Part shown: positions 9,418-18,548 of the stretch, one piece after another
Numbering within the stretch: position 1 is the first letter of the stretch
How the letters are laid out: each line of letters starts with the position of its first letter
Origin: Simkaniaceae bacterium
GTDB lineage: Bacteria > Chlamydiota > Chlamydiia > Chlamydiales > JACRBE01
Direction of reading: 5' to 3'
Length of the DNA: 64,000 nt
NCBI GenBank assembly: GCA_022763045.1
Contig: JALEGI010000007.1
Span: 64,555 to 128,554, forward strand
Translations under genes and position numbers: made by a program
The notes under the pieces: generated by a model
The model's database searches: none
Seen by the model: the letters and a program-made list of their open reading frames with translations, nothing else
What the model was told of the DNA's origin: nothing

Positions 9418-10204
9418 TCCAATCATCTGGCCCACCAATATCTGGATAGCCCCCCACCCATTTCAAAGGCCTTACAACTTTCTTATCGGGATTCTGATTG
9501 AGCCAAGCAGCCCACCAACTGAAACTTGAATTGGAGATAATTTGATGCTTACAGTTCGATAACAAGTGAAAATCAGTATACACATTCTCCCCTATAATAA
9601 AGATGACACGCTTGCCATTTGTAGGAAGCATCTCTTTTGCAAATGCAATGTCATCGCTAAATACAAAAAATTGTGCATTGTACGGGAAGAGACTCATTGC
9701 CTTTTCATAATACTGCCTTCCATATTGAAAAAATGACTCCGTAGGCACGCCCTCTGCGCGATAATGGCGTACATGAACACCAACACTACAGGGATGATTT
9801 AAAATAGTCCGATATTTTTTACGTATATAGTTGAATATCTTGGGTTTTGGAGCGAAAAGGGCTAACAATTTTTCTCGATGATGGGCAAAGTATTTTTCAT
9901 TTTGCAAATAGCCGCACACTACCATGTTCGGGCGATACTCTACCTCTTTATACCCATAAGGAGGCCCACCCCATCGATGATCTATCACAACATTTGGAGG
10001 GATTTTTGGGAATCGGTAGAAAAAAGTGCGGTGGTAGTCATCTGGTAAATAGGGAAAATATGCTTGAGCTCCGTTATCCCAGGCAATCGCACTTGCAGTG
10101 GCAACTTCGAATAGACAATTGCCCAAACGCCCCAAGGTTTCACCAATAACAACTTGCTCCGCATATAGTGATGTAACAAGAAAAAAATGAAAAATAAATC
10201 GCAT
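9392..10204 (-). CDS. Signal-peptide glycosyltransferase family 11 (alpha-1,2-fucosyltransferase-like)
   Basis: MRFIFHFFLVTSLYAEQ; GRLGNCLFEVATASAIAWDNG, VGVHVRHYR, FVFSDDIAFAKE and IISNSSFSWWAAWLN correspond to GT11 motifs I-IV (G.LGNQ.F, HVRRGDY, FSDD, SNSTFSWW.A.L). Confidence 0.8.
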   Translation of the reverse strand: MRFIFHFFLVTSLYAEQVVIGETLGRLGNCLFEVATASAIAWDNGAQAYFPYLPDDYHRTFFYRFPKIPPNVVIDHRWGGPPYGYKEVEYRPNMVVCGYLQNEKYFAHHREKLLALFAPKPKIFNYIRKKYRTILNHPCSVGVHVRHYRAEGVPTESFFQYGRQYYEKAMSLFPYNAQFFVFSDDIAFAKEMLPTNGKRVIFIIGENVYTDFHLLSNCKHQIISNSSFSWWAAWLNQNPDKKVVRPLKWVGGYPDIGGPDDWIRVDAKPI

Positions 10205-10288
10205 AGAAAAGATATTAAAACTTCTTGCACAATATGTTCAAGTTGAGCATCTTTGGCACCTAAAATCAAAATTTTGGAGCTTTGACAA

Positions 10289-11038
10289 ATGCTAAAATCT
10301 AAATTCACTGCGTTGTGTATTTTTTCACTCTCACTCACTTTTGCAAGTCACCACGAATTTGAAGGGATCTCTGAAGCGTATAATATTCGATTCCCAAAAA
10401 TGTTAAATAAGTTCCTCCCAAAAAATCCAACGATCTTGGAGGCTGGAGCCTATGAAGGAAGAGACACCTGTAAACTTGCTAAAACATTTCCAACTGCTAA
10501 GATTTTCTCGTTTGAACCTCTTCCAAATGCTTTTAAAAAATTGAATAAGGCTACAGAAAAGTTTGAAAACGTTTACATATTTAACCTTGCCCTCTCAAAT
10601 AAATTGGGGAAAGCTCCTCTATATGTTTGCCATGGAACAAATGGCAAAAACCCAGTTTTTGAATTTCACAGCTCACTACTTCCACCAATAGGGCCATCGA
10701 GCATTCACCTAATGGGCCCTGTTACAAAGGTGCCTTGCACAACTATCAATGAATGGGGAAGCAAGATGAATGTGAAAAAAATTGACTTTCTCTGGCTCTC
10801 TACAGAAGGAAATGAAACGCAAATTCTCAGAGAGGCATCTAGATACCTAAATAGAACAAACTTAATCTATGTAAAATCACAACTCTTTCATAACAGAAAA
10901 GGGATTTCATTATTTACAAAGCTTAGAAAATATTTAGAAAGTAATGGTTTCACACTTCTTTCTCACTTTTACTATCCGAATATCTATGGCGATGCTCTTT
11001 TTGCTAGAACAGATTTATACAACAAAAATAGCATATGA
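10289..11038 (+). CDS. Signal-peptide FkbM-family SAM methyltransferase
   Basis: MLKSKFTALCIFSLSLTFAS; ILEAGAYEGRDTCKLAKTFPTAKIFSFEPLPNAFKKLNKATEKFENVYIFNLALSNKLGKAPLY fits the FkbM pattern (D.GA..G..S...A...V.AFEP.P.....L..N......N......A.....G). Confidence 0.7.
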   Translation: MLKSKFTALCIFSLSLTFASHHEFEGISEAYNIRFPKMLNKFLPKNPTILEAGAYEGRDTCKLAKTFPTAKIFSFEPLPNAFKKLNKATEKFENVYIFNLALSNKLGKAPLYVCHGTNGKNPVFEFHSSLLPPIGPSSIHLMGPVTKVPCTTINEWGSKMNVKKIDFLWLSTEGNETQILREASRYLNRTNLIYVKSQLFHNRKGISLFTKLRKYLESNGFTLLSHFYYPNIYGDALFARTDLYNKNSI

Positions 11039-11964
11039 GAAAGTTTACCCTTTTATTTTTAAGCACGCTATTTCTTGTTGAGGCTTCATGTGGTGTTCTT
11101 GACCATGTGAAACCAGTGTTAAATAAAACGCGTATCTCTTCAATTAAGTATGTCGATTATATTTACCTGATCAATCTTGACCATAGAACGGAAAAGCTTC
11201 GTGAGACACTTGAAGAGCTCCGTCCCTACGGCATCGTCCCCTACCGATTCTCAGCAGTTAACGGTTGGGGATTACCACTCGAAACAATCCACGATATTGG
11301 ATTTAAATTAGAAAAAGGGATGCGTCAAGGAACAATGGGGACGCGCTACTTAGCTCTTGATGGCAACGAAATTCATAGCCATGAACTGGTTGAAACGATT
11401 GGGAATCACTACTTTGTTCACTGCATGTCGAGAGGCGCTGTCGGATGTCTGATGAGCCATATCTCAATTCTAAAAGATGCGTATGACTCAGGATACGAAA
11501 TTATCTGGGTAATGGAAGACGATATTGAAGTCAAAATTGATCCAAGAATTCTTTCGAAATATATATATGAACTAGATAGTAGAGTTGGAAGAAAGGGTTG
11601 GGATCTGCTCTTCACTTTTTATGAATATAGAGATAACAACGGGAACTATCTCACTGCTTACGGTGCATGCCACCGACCCAATGTTGATACAAGAGACCAA
11701 CAGAAATACAATATAAATAAAAAAATCTCTCGCAATCTGCGTCAAGTGGGGTCACGTTTTGGGACCCAATCTATGATTTGGACAAGAAGAGGGATAAAAA
11801 AGGCTCTTGATTACTTTGAGAAGCACAAGCTCTATCTACCAATTGATATGGATATCCCAATCATTCCCGGAATTAGAATTTTTTCAACGACACATGATAT
11901 CGTTACAAATAAATTAAACGTACAAAGTGATCTAGGCAGCTCACCATTAAATAAAAAGAAATGA
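11035..11964 (+). CDS. Signal-peptide glycosyltransferase family 25, stand-alone paralog 2
   Basis: MRKFTLLFLSTLFLVEAS; VDYIYLINLDHRTEKL...YRFSAVNGW; CMSRGAVGCLMSHISILKDAYDSGYEIIWVMEDDIEV. The start overlaps the upstream stop (ATGA). Confidence 0.8.
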   Translation: MRKFTLLFLSTLFLVEASCGVLDHVKPVLNKTRISSIKYVDYIYLINLDHRTEKLRETLEELRPYGIVPYRFSAVNGWGLPLETIHDIGFKLEKGMRQGTMGTRYLALDGNEIHSHELVETIGNHYFVHCMSRGAVGCLMSHISILKDAYDSGYEIIWVMEDDIEVKIDPRILSKYIYELDSRVGRKGWDLLFTFYEYRDNNGNYLTAYGACHRPNVDTRDQQKYNINKKISRNLRQVGSRFGTQSMIWTRRGIKKALDYFEKHKLYLPIDMDIPIIPGIRIFSTTHDIVTNKLNVQSDLGSSPLNKKK

Positions 11965-12710
11965 AGAAATTTTTCACATTCCTATTTGCAACTCTGGCAT
12001 TGCATAGCGCAGAAGTCACAAAGAGTGGGCTTGTGCCCACATACAACCCAAGCTCAAACCATTCTGTATTTCTCTTTTTACCCTACAACCCAAAGGTCTT
12101 CATTGCGGGAGAAAACCTCCACCAGCTGACAAAACAGACTCTATCCAGATTTCCTCACGCAGAACTTATCTACCTTACACCTCTACTTAAAGAAATCAAG
12201 CAGGTTGAAAAGTACCCCATTTGCCAGGACAATATTAAAAAATACCACGGAGTTTTAGGAAAGGCTTCACAAATCGTTCCCTACTACGAATCAAACGATA
12301 TATTGAATAAAAACACGATTGAAACCTACTTGCCAGGATCGATTTTAAAGCCATCAAGTACGAAATTTGTTCAACTTTTTGGAAGAGAAAAGCAGATTCA
12401 ACAATATCCAGTTAAAAATTTGCTCCCCAGCAATCAGCAACTGCAGCTTATTGTTCTAAATGCTGGTGGTAAAGAACTCGACTATTTAAAACTTTTAGAA
12501 GAGCAACTCGATAATGTAATTGCAGTTCGTATAAAAACCTACCACACCTCTATTCGGAAATCTCAATCAGATTTTAATCAGATTTATAGCTTTTTATCTC
12601 GTAAAGACTTCTGGTTGTTTACCCACTATATATACGATTCATCCCTGGGTGAAGCTGTATTTATTAAACGAAAATATTTTAGAGGCGTGTTTCAAAATAA
12701 AGAAATATAG
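11961..12710 (+). CDS. Signal-peptide FkbM-like protein lacking the glycine-rich SAM motif (possible pseudoenzyme)
   Basis: MKKFFTFLFATLALHSAE. Its length and C-terminal block (IYSFLSRKDFWLFTHYIYDSSLGEAVFIKRKYF) parallel the FkbM paralog 10289-11038 (LRKYLESNGFTLLSHFYYPNIYGDALFARTDLY), but motif I reads VFIAGENLHQLT. ATGA overlap with the upstream gene. Confidence 0.4.
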   Translation: MKKFFTFLFATLALHSAEVTKSGLVPTYNPSSNHSVFLFLPYNPKVFIAGENLHQLTKQTLSRFPHAELIYLTPLLKEIKQVEKYPICQDNIKKYHGVLGKASQIVPYYESNDILNKNTIETYLPGSILKPSSTKFVQLFGREKQIQQYPVKNLLPSNQQLQLIVLNAGGKELDYLKLLEEQLDNVIAVRIKTYHTSIRKSQSDFNQIYSFLSRKDFWLFTHYIYDSSLGEAVFIKRKYFRGVFQNKEI

Positions 12711-12719
12711 GAGAATTTT

Positions 12720-13340
12720 ATGAAACTAGTAGCAGCTATTTGCACGACTCTCGCAGCAATGAACCTCTATTGCGCGGAAGATTATTATGTTTCTAACAAG
12801 GGATATTTTATCGGTGAAGCCGATCATGTTACAGACTATAAATTAGCAAAAGGCATTTCAGACTTTCTCCAATCAAAGGGTGCAAAATCTCTTGTAGACT
12901 TTGGTTGTGGAGATGGCCACTATGTCAATTACTGGTTGAAGCAGGGATTTGATGCGATTGGCTATGATGGAAATCCCGTTACTGAAGAAATTAGTGGTGG
13001 AACGTGCCATGTTCTTGATCTGAGTAAACCATTCAATTTGGGGAAAAAATTTGATTGGGTGATTAGTCTCGAGGTCGGAGAACATCTTCCTAAACAATTT
13101 GAGCGTATCTATATTGATAACCTCATTCGTCATGTTGATAAGGGCCTCATTCTAACCTGGGCAATCAAAGGTCAAGGTGGTGTTGGTCATTTTAATGAGC
13201 AAAATAATGACTATATTAAAAACATCTTCAAAAAGAAGGGCTGGACAAACGACATTGTAACAGAGAAGAAGCTGCGCTCAAACGTCAGCGCTCTTTGGTT
13301 CAGAGAAAGCATTATGGTCTTTTTACCTCCTAAAAAATAG
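12720..13340 (+). CDS. Signal-peptide class I SAM-dependent methyltransferase (Methyltransf_11/23-like)
   Basis: MKLVAAICTTLAAMNLYCAE; LVDFGCGDGHYVNYWLKQGFDAIGYDGNP (motif I plus acidic loop) and FDWVISLEVGEHLP (motif III/IV). Confidence 0.7.
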   Translation: MKLVAAICTTLAAMNLYCAEDYYVSNKGYFIGEADHVTDYKLAKGISDFLQSKGAKSLVDFGCGDGHYVNYWLKQGFDAIGYDGNPVTEEISGGTCHVLDLSKPFNLGKKFDWVISLEVGEHLPKQFERIYIDNLIRHVDKGLILTWAIKGQGGVGHFNEQNNDYIKNIFKKKGWTNDIVTEKKLRSNVSALWFRESIMVFLPPKK

Positions 13341-13342
13341 AT

Positions 13343-14287
13343 ATGCGTTTTATTATTTTCTTGAGTCTATTTCTGTTTCATTCGCAGGTTTTTTGTGGGA
13401 TAAAAAAACACATCAAGCCTGCATATAACAAACATCAGGTCTCTTCGATAAAAGGGGTAGATTACATTTATGTGATTAACTTAGATGAGCGCCCTGAAAA
13501 ATATCAGCACACGGTCGACCAGCTCAAAAAATACTCGATTGTCCCCTACCGCTTCTCTGCAGTTAATGGTTGGAAGCTTTCCAAAGAGACCATTCACGAT
13601 GTCGGATTAAAATTCTCTGACGGAATGGATGGCGGGTTTATGGCAACCACCTACGACAATTATAAAAATCTTAAAGAGGCTCATGAGACTATTTCTGTTA
13701 AAGGGAAGGCCTATTTTTGCCACTGCATGTCTCCTGGAGCAATCGGAATTGTCCTAAGCCACTTATCTGTTTTAGAAGATGCTTTCCGTTCGGGATATCG
13801 AACAGTCTGGATCATGGAAGATGATGTTGACGTTCTACGCGATCCACATATCCTCTCAAAACATATTGAAAACCTCGATAATAATCGAAAAACTCGCAAT
13901 TGGGACATTCTATTTACAGACCGCGACACAAAAAATAACCGCGGTGAGTATGTTCCCTGTTATGGCGTAACAAGACGCCCAAATTTTAGTCCCCCAAACT
14001 TACGAAAATACAGACAGCGTGTACAAGTCTCACCAACCATAATGAAAATTGGTGCGCGTTTTGGTGCATATTCATATATTATTCGTCGCTCTGGCATGAA
14101 AAAAATCCTCGACTTTATCCACTCAAAAGGCATTTTTCTCCCCTACGATATGGATTTTTATCTCCCCCCTACACTTCAAGCATATGCATTGATCAAAGCT
14201 GCTGTCTCGCATTCAGTTAACGCTCCCTCAGACAATGGGTGCCCCTACTATAAACAAGGTGATACAGAAACGGAGAGTTGGAAATGA
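13343..14287 (+). CDS. Signal-peptide glycosyltransferase family 25, stand-alone paralog 3
   Basis: MRFIIFLSLFLFHSQVFC; VDYIYVINLDERPEKY...YRFSAVNGW; CMSPGAIGIVLSHLSVLEDAFRSGYRTVWIMEDDVDV; WDILFTDRD. Confidence 0.8.
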   Translation: MRFIIFLSLFLFHSQVFCGIKKHIKPAYNKHQVSSIKGVDYIYVINLDERPEKYQHTVDQLKKYSIVPYRFSAVNGWKLSKETIHDVGLKFSDGMDGGFMATTYDNYKNLKEAHETISVKGKAYFCHCMSPGAIGIVLSHLSVLEDAFRSGYRTVWIMEDDVDVLRDPHILSKHIENLDNNRKTRNWDILFTDRDTKNNRGEYVPCYGVTRRPNFSPPNLRKYRQRVQVSPTIMKIGARFGAYSYIIRRSGMKKILDFIHSKGIFLPYDMDFYLPPTLQAYALIKAAVSHSVNAPSDNGCPYYKQGDTETESWK

Positions 14288-14874
14288 GATTTTTTTTATT
14301 ATTCCTAGTCATATTTATGCAGGTCCACAGTGGTGAACCGAGTTTTAAAAGAAAAAGAGACAACTATGTCTACGATTTGATTAAACCCAACGCAATTGGA
14401 CTTGAAATAGGCGTCTTTCAAGGAACATTTGCCAAAAATGTCCTCTCTCAAAAGGATCCAAAACTTCTCTATCTAGTCGACCCTTGGAGCTACCCGCCCC
14501 AAACCTCTAAAATATATGCGAATAACGATGTGATAGAAGGACAAAGAAAATTTGAAGCTTATTATGAAAATCTAGTGAGACACTTTTCAGACAACTCTCA
14601 CGTCAAAATTCTTCGCATGACCTCTCTAGAGGCAGCTGAAGAATTTCCCAATGAGTATTTCGATTATATCTATATAGATGGCGACCACTCTTATAAAGGT
14701 GTCATGCTCGATCTCACGACATATGTCCCCAAAGTGAAGAAGGGTGGCTTAATCATTGGAGATGACTTCGGATTTCAAACAGTTGCAAAAGCAGTTAAGG
14801 AATTTGTTAAAAAATCGAAAGAAATTAAACTAATAGAAACTAAAGAAGGTCAGTACTTATTAAGAAAGTTATGA
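14284..14874 (+). CDS. Signal-peptide class I SAM methyltransferase (Methyltransf_24-like), type B paralog 1
   Basis: MRFFLLFLVIFMQVHSG; GLEIGVFQGTFAKN, LYLVDPW, FDYIYIDGDHSYKGVMLDL and GGLIIGDD. It is collinear with 18549-19169. The ATG at 14284 overlaps the upstream stop (ATGA). The tracked ORF starts at a TTG at 14278. Confidence 0.7.
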   Translation: MRFFLLFLVIFMQVHSGEPSFKRKRDNYVYDLIKPNAIGLEIGVFQGTFAKNVLSQKDPKLLYLVDPWSYPPQTSKIYANNDVIEGQRKFEAYYENLVRHFSDNSHVKILRMTSLEAAEEFPNEYFDYIYIDGDHSYKGVMLDLTTYVPKVKKGGLIIGDDFGFQTVAKAVKEFVKKSKEIKLIETKEGQYLLRKL

Positions 14875-16904
14875 GAAACATACTAATATATATTATCCTT
14901 TTTTCTTCTGTTTATGGAGATACAATAGTAAACTATCTCAATACAAACTATGAGCATGTAAAGACAAATCATAGTGAAATTGATGCTCTTTTTGTCATCG
15001 GAGAAGGGAATAGCGATAAGACAAAATCGCTAATTTCCATGCTGACAAATGCAGAGTTTCCCGTGAATCGATTTACTCCATTTACGCACAAAACACTCTC
15101 TCCAAACTGCATCAAAAAATTTGTCTCCCAAAATGTATCTCCGCAATTAATTGCGCAGTACCTCAACCACTTTTCAGTGTATAAGTACTGTTTGGAAAAC
15201 AAAGTAAAATGCCCATTAATCGTTGACCAGTCGGCCATGGTCAAAAAAGATCCCCGACGCCTGTTTGAAATTAAAAGAGAGCTCGAGAAAATAGACCCAA
15301 ATTGGGATGTCTTGTTCACAGATGTTGACTACCATAATCCGCGATCGGGCAAGCGTATTTTCCCACAAATATCTGGTCCTTCAGGAATCATCCCAAATAA
15401 AAGAAAGCTGTCAGATAATATCTCTGCACTTAAATCTCGCTACTGCTTGACCTCCTATCTTATTTCTCCGCGCGGGATGCGAAAATTATTGCTAGCATAC
15501 AAAAAATGGTGGCCAAATCTTCCCTATGATCAAGCTTTCTTTCAATTGCCACGATTGCGCACCTATACGACTAACTATGATATCATCACAAATTGGTTTT
15601 CGAGACTCGCTCCACCAGAGATTAAAGTTGATAACAGGTACAAGTTAAATTCAGAGTGCTGGATGCACCCTAAAAAATTCATCTCACCTGCACGGTTTGA
15701 TGTCTTAGCAAAAGTGATCTACGGTCGCTCAATATTAAATAAGCAAAAGACTCCTTGGCCTGAAGAGCTTTACTACAACCACATTAAAGCTTGGAATAAC
15801 TTTTTTGAAGGAGCACCCTACAAACTTGGTTTTGACGATTTTAAAAATGCCTATATTTCTCTACTTAAAAGTACAAAGAAAAATGGCTTTTTAGCATCAA
15901 GCGATGCTGTGCCGATCTCTACTGGAGGATCGATACAAAACGGCTCGCACCGAATTGCAGCGTGTCTGCTCAACGACTGCAAGGTCAAAGTCAAAGTCAC
16001 TTCTCAGGCCAAAGTCGGACCTCTTCGCGAGTTTTCTGCTGTTATGCGAAATTCACACAAGTTAGAGGAGAAATATCTCGATGCAATGGCAACTGAGTAT
16101 CTTCGCTGGAGTCCTAAGTGCAAAATACTTTGCCTTTTTCCCTCAGCTCAAGCTCCAATTGAGAAAATCGAAGAGATTATCCTCTCATATGGCAACATTG
16201 TTTACCGCAAAGAGTGTCAATTTAATAAGACGGGTACACTGGAATTGATTAAATTGATTTATCACAATGAAAAATGGGTTGGGAATCATGCCAATGGGTA
16301 TCGCCTTGGCAAAGTAAAAGCTTCACGATGCTTTCCAAATAGTCACCCCCTTAGAGTTTTTCTTGTGGAACTTCCCTCTGAAGAGGCTGCCATAGCAGTG
16401 AAGGAAAAAATACGCGAGGAGTGCAAAATTGGCAATGACTCAGTTCATATCAATGACACGCACCCACAAAGTTTGATGATTGGGCGCGCCCTTTTTAATC
16501 AAAACTCAATTGATTTTATGAATCGACGCAAAAAAGCAGAGTGTACAAAGTTTGATCGGCTAATGACTCAGCTGCACCAATTTGTTCGGGAGAGTCAAAT
16601 CGATACCGAAACTCTTTGTGTCGATGCCAGCGCAATTTTAAGTGCCTATGGTCTGAGAGATTGTCAAGATTTAGATCTTCTTCACCTTGGAAAACTTCCT
16701 AAAAATCCCTATGAAATTGACTCGCATAATGGGTATCTCAAGTACCACTCGACTCATCTCGATGATATCTTGTTCAACCCAAGCAATCACTTTTACTACC
16801 AAGGAATTAAGTTTCTCTCTCCTAAAAGGCTCCATGATATGAAAAGAGCGCGTGGAGAGAAAAAAGATATTAGAGACTGCTCATTATTAAGAAAGGTCCT
16901 TTAG
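14871..16904 (+). CDS. Signal-peptide tri-modular protein: GT25-like N-domain, central G.HR (ParB/Srx-like) region and C-terminal pol-beta-type nucleotidyltransferase-like motif; fusion paralog 1
   Basis: MRNILIYIILFSSVYG; N-domain YLNHFSVYKYCLENKVKCPLIVDQSAMV...WDVLFTDVDY (GT25-like, with EDD replaced by DQS); central QNGSHRIAACLLN; C-terminal HINDTHPQS, LFNQNSIDFMNRRK and CVDASAILSAYGLRDCQDLDLLH...EIDSHNGYLKYH. Confidence 0.7.
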   Translation: MRNILIYIILFSSVYGDTIVNYLNTNYEHVKTNHSEIDALFVIGEGNSDKTKSLISMLTNAEFPVNRFTPFTHKTLSPNCIKKFVSQNVSPQLIAQYLNHFSVYKYCLENKVKCPLIVDQSAMVKKDPRRLFEIKRELEKIDPNWDVLFTDVDYHNPRSGKRIFPQISGPSGIIPNKRKLSDNISALKSRYCLTSYLISPRGMRKLLLAYKKWWPNLPYDQAFFQLPRLRTYTTNYDIITNWFSRLAPPEIKVDNRYKLNSECWMHPKKFISPARFDVLAKVIYGRSILNKQKTPWPEELYYNHIKAWNNFFEGAPYKLGFDDFKNAYISLLKSTKKNGFLASSDAVPISTGGSIQNGSHRIAACLLNDCKVKVKVTSQAKVGPLREFSAVMRNSHKLEEKYLDAMATEYLRWSPKCKILCLFPSAQAPIEKIEEIILSYGNIVYRKECQFNKTGTLELIKLIYHNEKWVGNHANGYRLGKVKASRCFPNSHPLRVFLVELPSEEAAIAVKEKIREECKIGNDSVHINDTHPQSLMIGRALFNQNSIDFMNRRKKAECTKFDRLMTQLHQFVRESQIDTETLCVDASAILSAYGLRDCQDLDLLHLGKLPKNPYEIDSHNGYLKYHSTHLDDILFNPSNHFYYQGIKFLSPKRLHDMKRARGEKKDIRDCSLLRKVL

Positions 16905-16912
16905 GAGATCGG

Positions 16913-17827
16913 ATGTACAAAAAAATACTCTTCTGTCTACTCACGTTTCTCAGTATAGAGGCAAAAGTTCAGGATTATTTTAAACAGATTAATAACAAGA
17001 CCAAAGGGCACTCTTTTGGTTGTATTAATTTTGTCTACATGATCAACCTTGACCATCGCACTGAAAAGTATCAAATGACGATGGATCAACTCGCTCCCTT
17101 TGGGATTAAACCCTTTCGCTTCTCTGCAGTCAACGGTTGGAGACTGACAACTCAAGATCTCCAGGAGATTGGGGTGAAGTTTGATAAAACCATGCGACGG
17201 AGCGCTATTTCGACCCACTTTTTAGAAATCGATGGAAAAGAGGTCAAATCTCACGAGCTTCTGGGAAAGGTGGGACGCACCTACTTTTGCCATTGCATCA
17301 CCCGAGGCCCCATTGGTTGCTACCTCAGCCACCTCTCAATTTTACAAGATGCCTATGACTCAGGTTATGAGGTCATTTGGATTGTTGAAGACGATATTGA
17401 GGTCATGCGAAATCCAAAGCTTTTACTCAAGTATATCAACGAGCTCAATCAACTTGTTGGTAAAAATCAATGGGATCTATTTTTCACAGATGTCGACTAT
17501 CGCATAGGTAAAAACAAACACCTAAAATGCGTGGGGGCAGATTTTCGTCCTAATTACGATACAAGAGATCAGAGCAAATTTAGTGTTGACCACCCTGTCT
17601 CGAAAAATCTCAGGCGCGTTAGCTCAAGGTTTGGCTCACACTCAATGATATGGACACGAGCTGGCATGAAAAAAATGTTAGATTTTTCGAAGAAATACCA
17701 GTTTTATCTACCCTATGATCTAGATTTTCACCTTCCCCCTGGAATTCAAATCTATGCCGTGCGCAATGATGTCGTCACAAACAAGCTAGATTCCATCTCT
17801 GATAATGGAAAAGATGGATCAAAGTGA
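16913..17827 (+). CDS. Signal-peptide glycosyltransferase family 25, stand-alone paralog 4
   Basis: MYKKILFCLLTFLSIEA; INFVYMINLDHRTEKY...FRFSAVNGW; CITRGPIGCYLSHLSILQDAYDSGYEVIWIVEDDIEV; WDLFFTDVDY. Confidence 0.8.
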   Translation: MYKKILFCLLTFLSIEAKVQDYFKQINNKTKGHSFGCINFVYMINLDHRTEKYQMTMDQLAPFGIKPFRFSAVNGWRLTTQDLQEIGVKFDKTMRRSAISTHFLEIDGKEVKSHELLGKVGRTYFCHCITRGPIGCYLSHLSILQDAYDSGYEVIWIVEDDIEVMRNPKLLLKYINELNQLVGKNQWDLFFTDVDYRIGKNKHLKCVGADFRPNYDTRDQSKFSVDHPVSKNLRRVSSRFGSHSMIWTRAGMKKMLDFSKKYQFYLPYDLDFHLPPGIQIYAVRNDVVTNKLDSISDNGKDGSK

Positions 17828-18538
17828 TTTCCGCTCATAGGCACCGCGATAGAAAGTTTGGTGTAAAAAGTAGGCAACTCCAACCCCATTTCTCTCGCGC
17901 TGATGCATTAAAAGTACAAAGCCTAGCGAGCCCATGTACCGCTTTAATTGTTCATGTTGTCTTGACATTTTTGTCGTTGCAGCCCCAGTTGTTACCGAAA
18001 CAACAATACAGCGCTTGGCCAAATCAGAAATGCTTTTCAAAATGTTGAGCTCATTTCCATATGTATGTAAGCGAAGCAAATGAATTTTTTTGCAATTTCT
18101 CTCCGACACCCATTTTTTAATGTTTACACATTCGACTGGAACCTTCTGTAAAATCCTTGAATGAGGCGAAATATACTGACTCGTTAACTGAGAAAAAATC
18201 TTATTATCTTTAAAAATACTGGGACACAATAGTTGATAGAGGACCATTCTCCCCTCAGTGATGCCAACAGTTTTATTGATGTGCTCAACACAATCCAATG
18301 CGCTAAAGTCAATTTGTGAAAAAGGGTTGAAATAGTAGATTTTACCGTGTGGCAATGCTTTGGCAAGCTTTTGAATATGCTCACCATTGTAGCAATCAGC
18401 AGCGACAACAGTCGCATTATAAGGGAGAAAACTCACACGCCATGTCTCTGGATTCCGATTTGGAAAAACTCCCTCTCCAACAATATTTTTAGAAAATAGT
18501 GAGGTGAAAGTGAAAAGTAATACGATCAATCTACTCAT
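17819..18538 (-). CDS. Signal-peptide FkbM-like protein lacking the glycine-rich SAM motif (possible pseudoenzyme)
   Basis: I chose the ATG at 18538 (MSRLIVLLFTFTSLFSK), which removes the overlap with 18549-19169. VVAADCYNGEHIQKLAKALPHGKIYYFNPF replaces the FkbM motif. The C-terminus LKRYMGSLGFVLLMHQRERNGVGVAYFLHQ parallels the FkbM paralogs. Confidence 0.4.
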   Translation of the reverse strand: MSRLIVLLFTFTSLFSKNIVGEGVFPNRNPETWRVSFLPYNATVVAADCYNGEHIQKLAKALPHGKIYYFNPFSQIDFSALDCVEHINKTVGITEGRMVLYQLLCPSIFKDNKIFSQLTSQYISPHSRILQKVPVECVNIKKWVSERNCKKIHLLRLHTYGNELNILKSISDLAKRCIVVSVTTGAATTKMSRQHEQLKRYMGSLGFVLLMHQRERNGVGVAYFLHQTFYRGAYERKSL

Positions 18539-18548
18539 ATAAGAGGTC

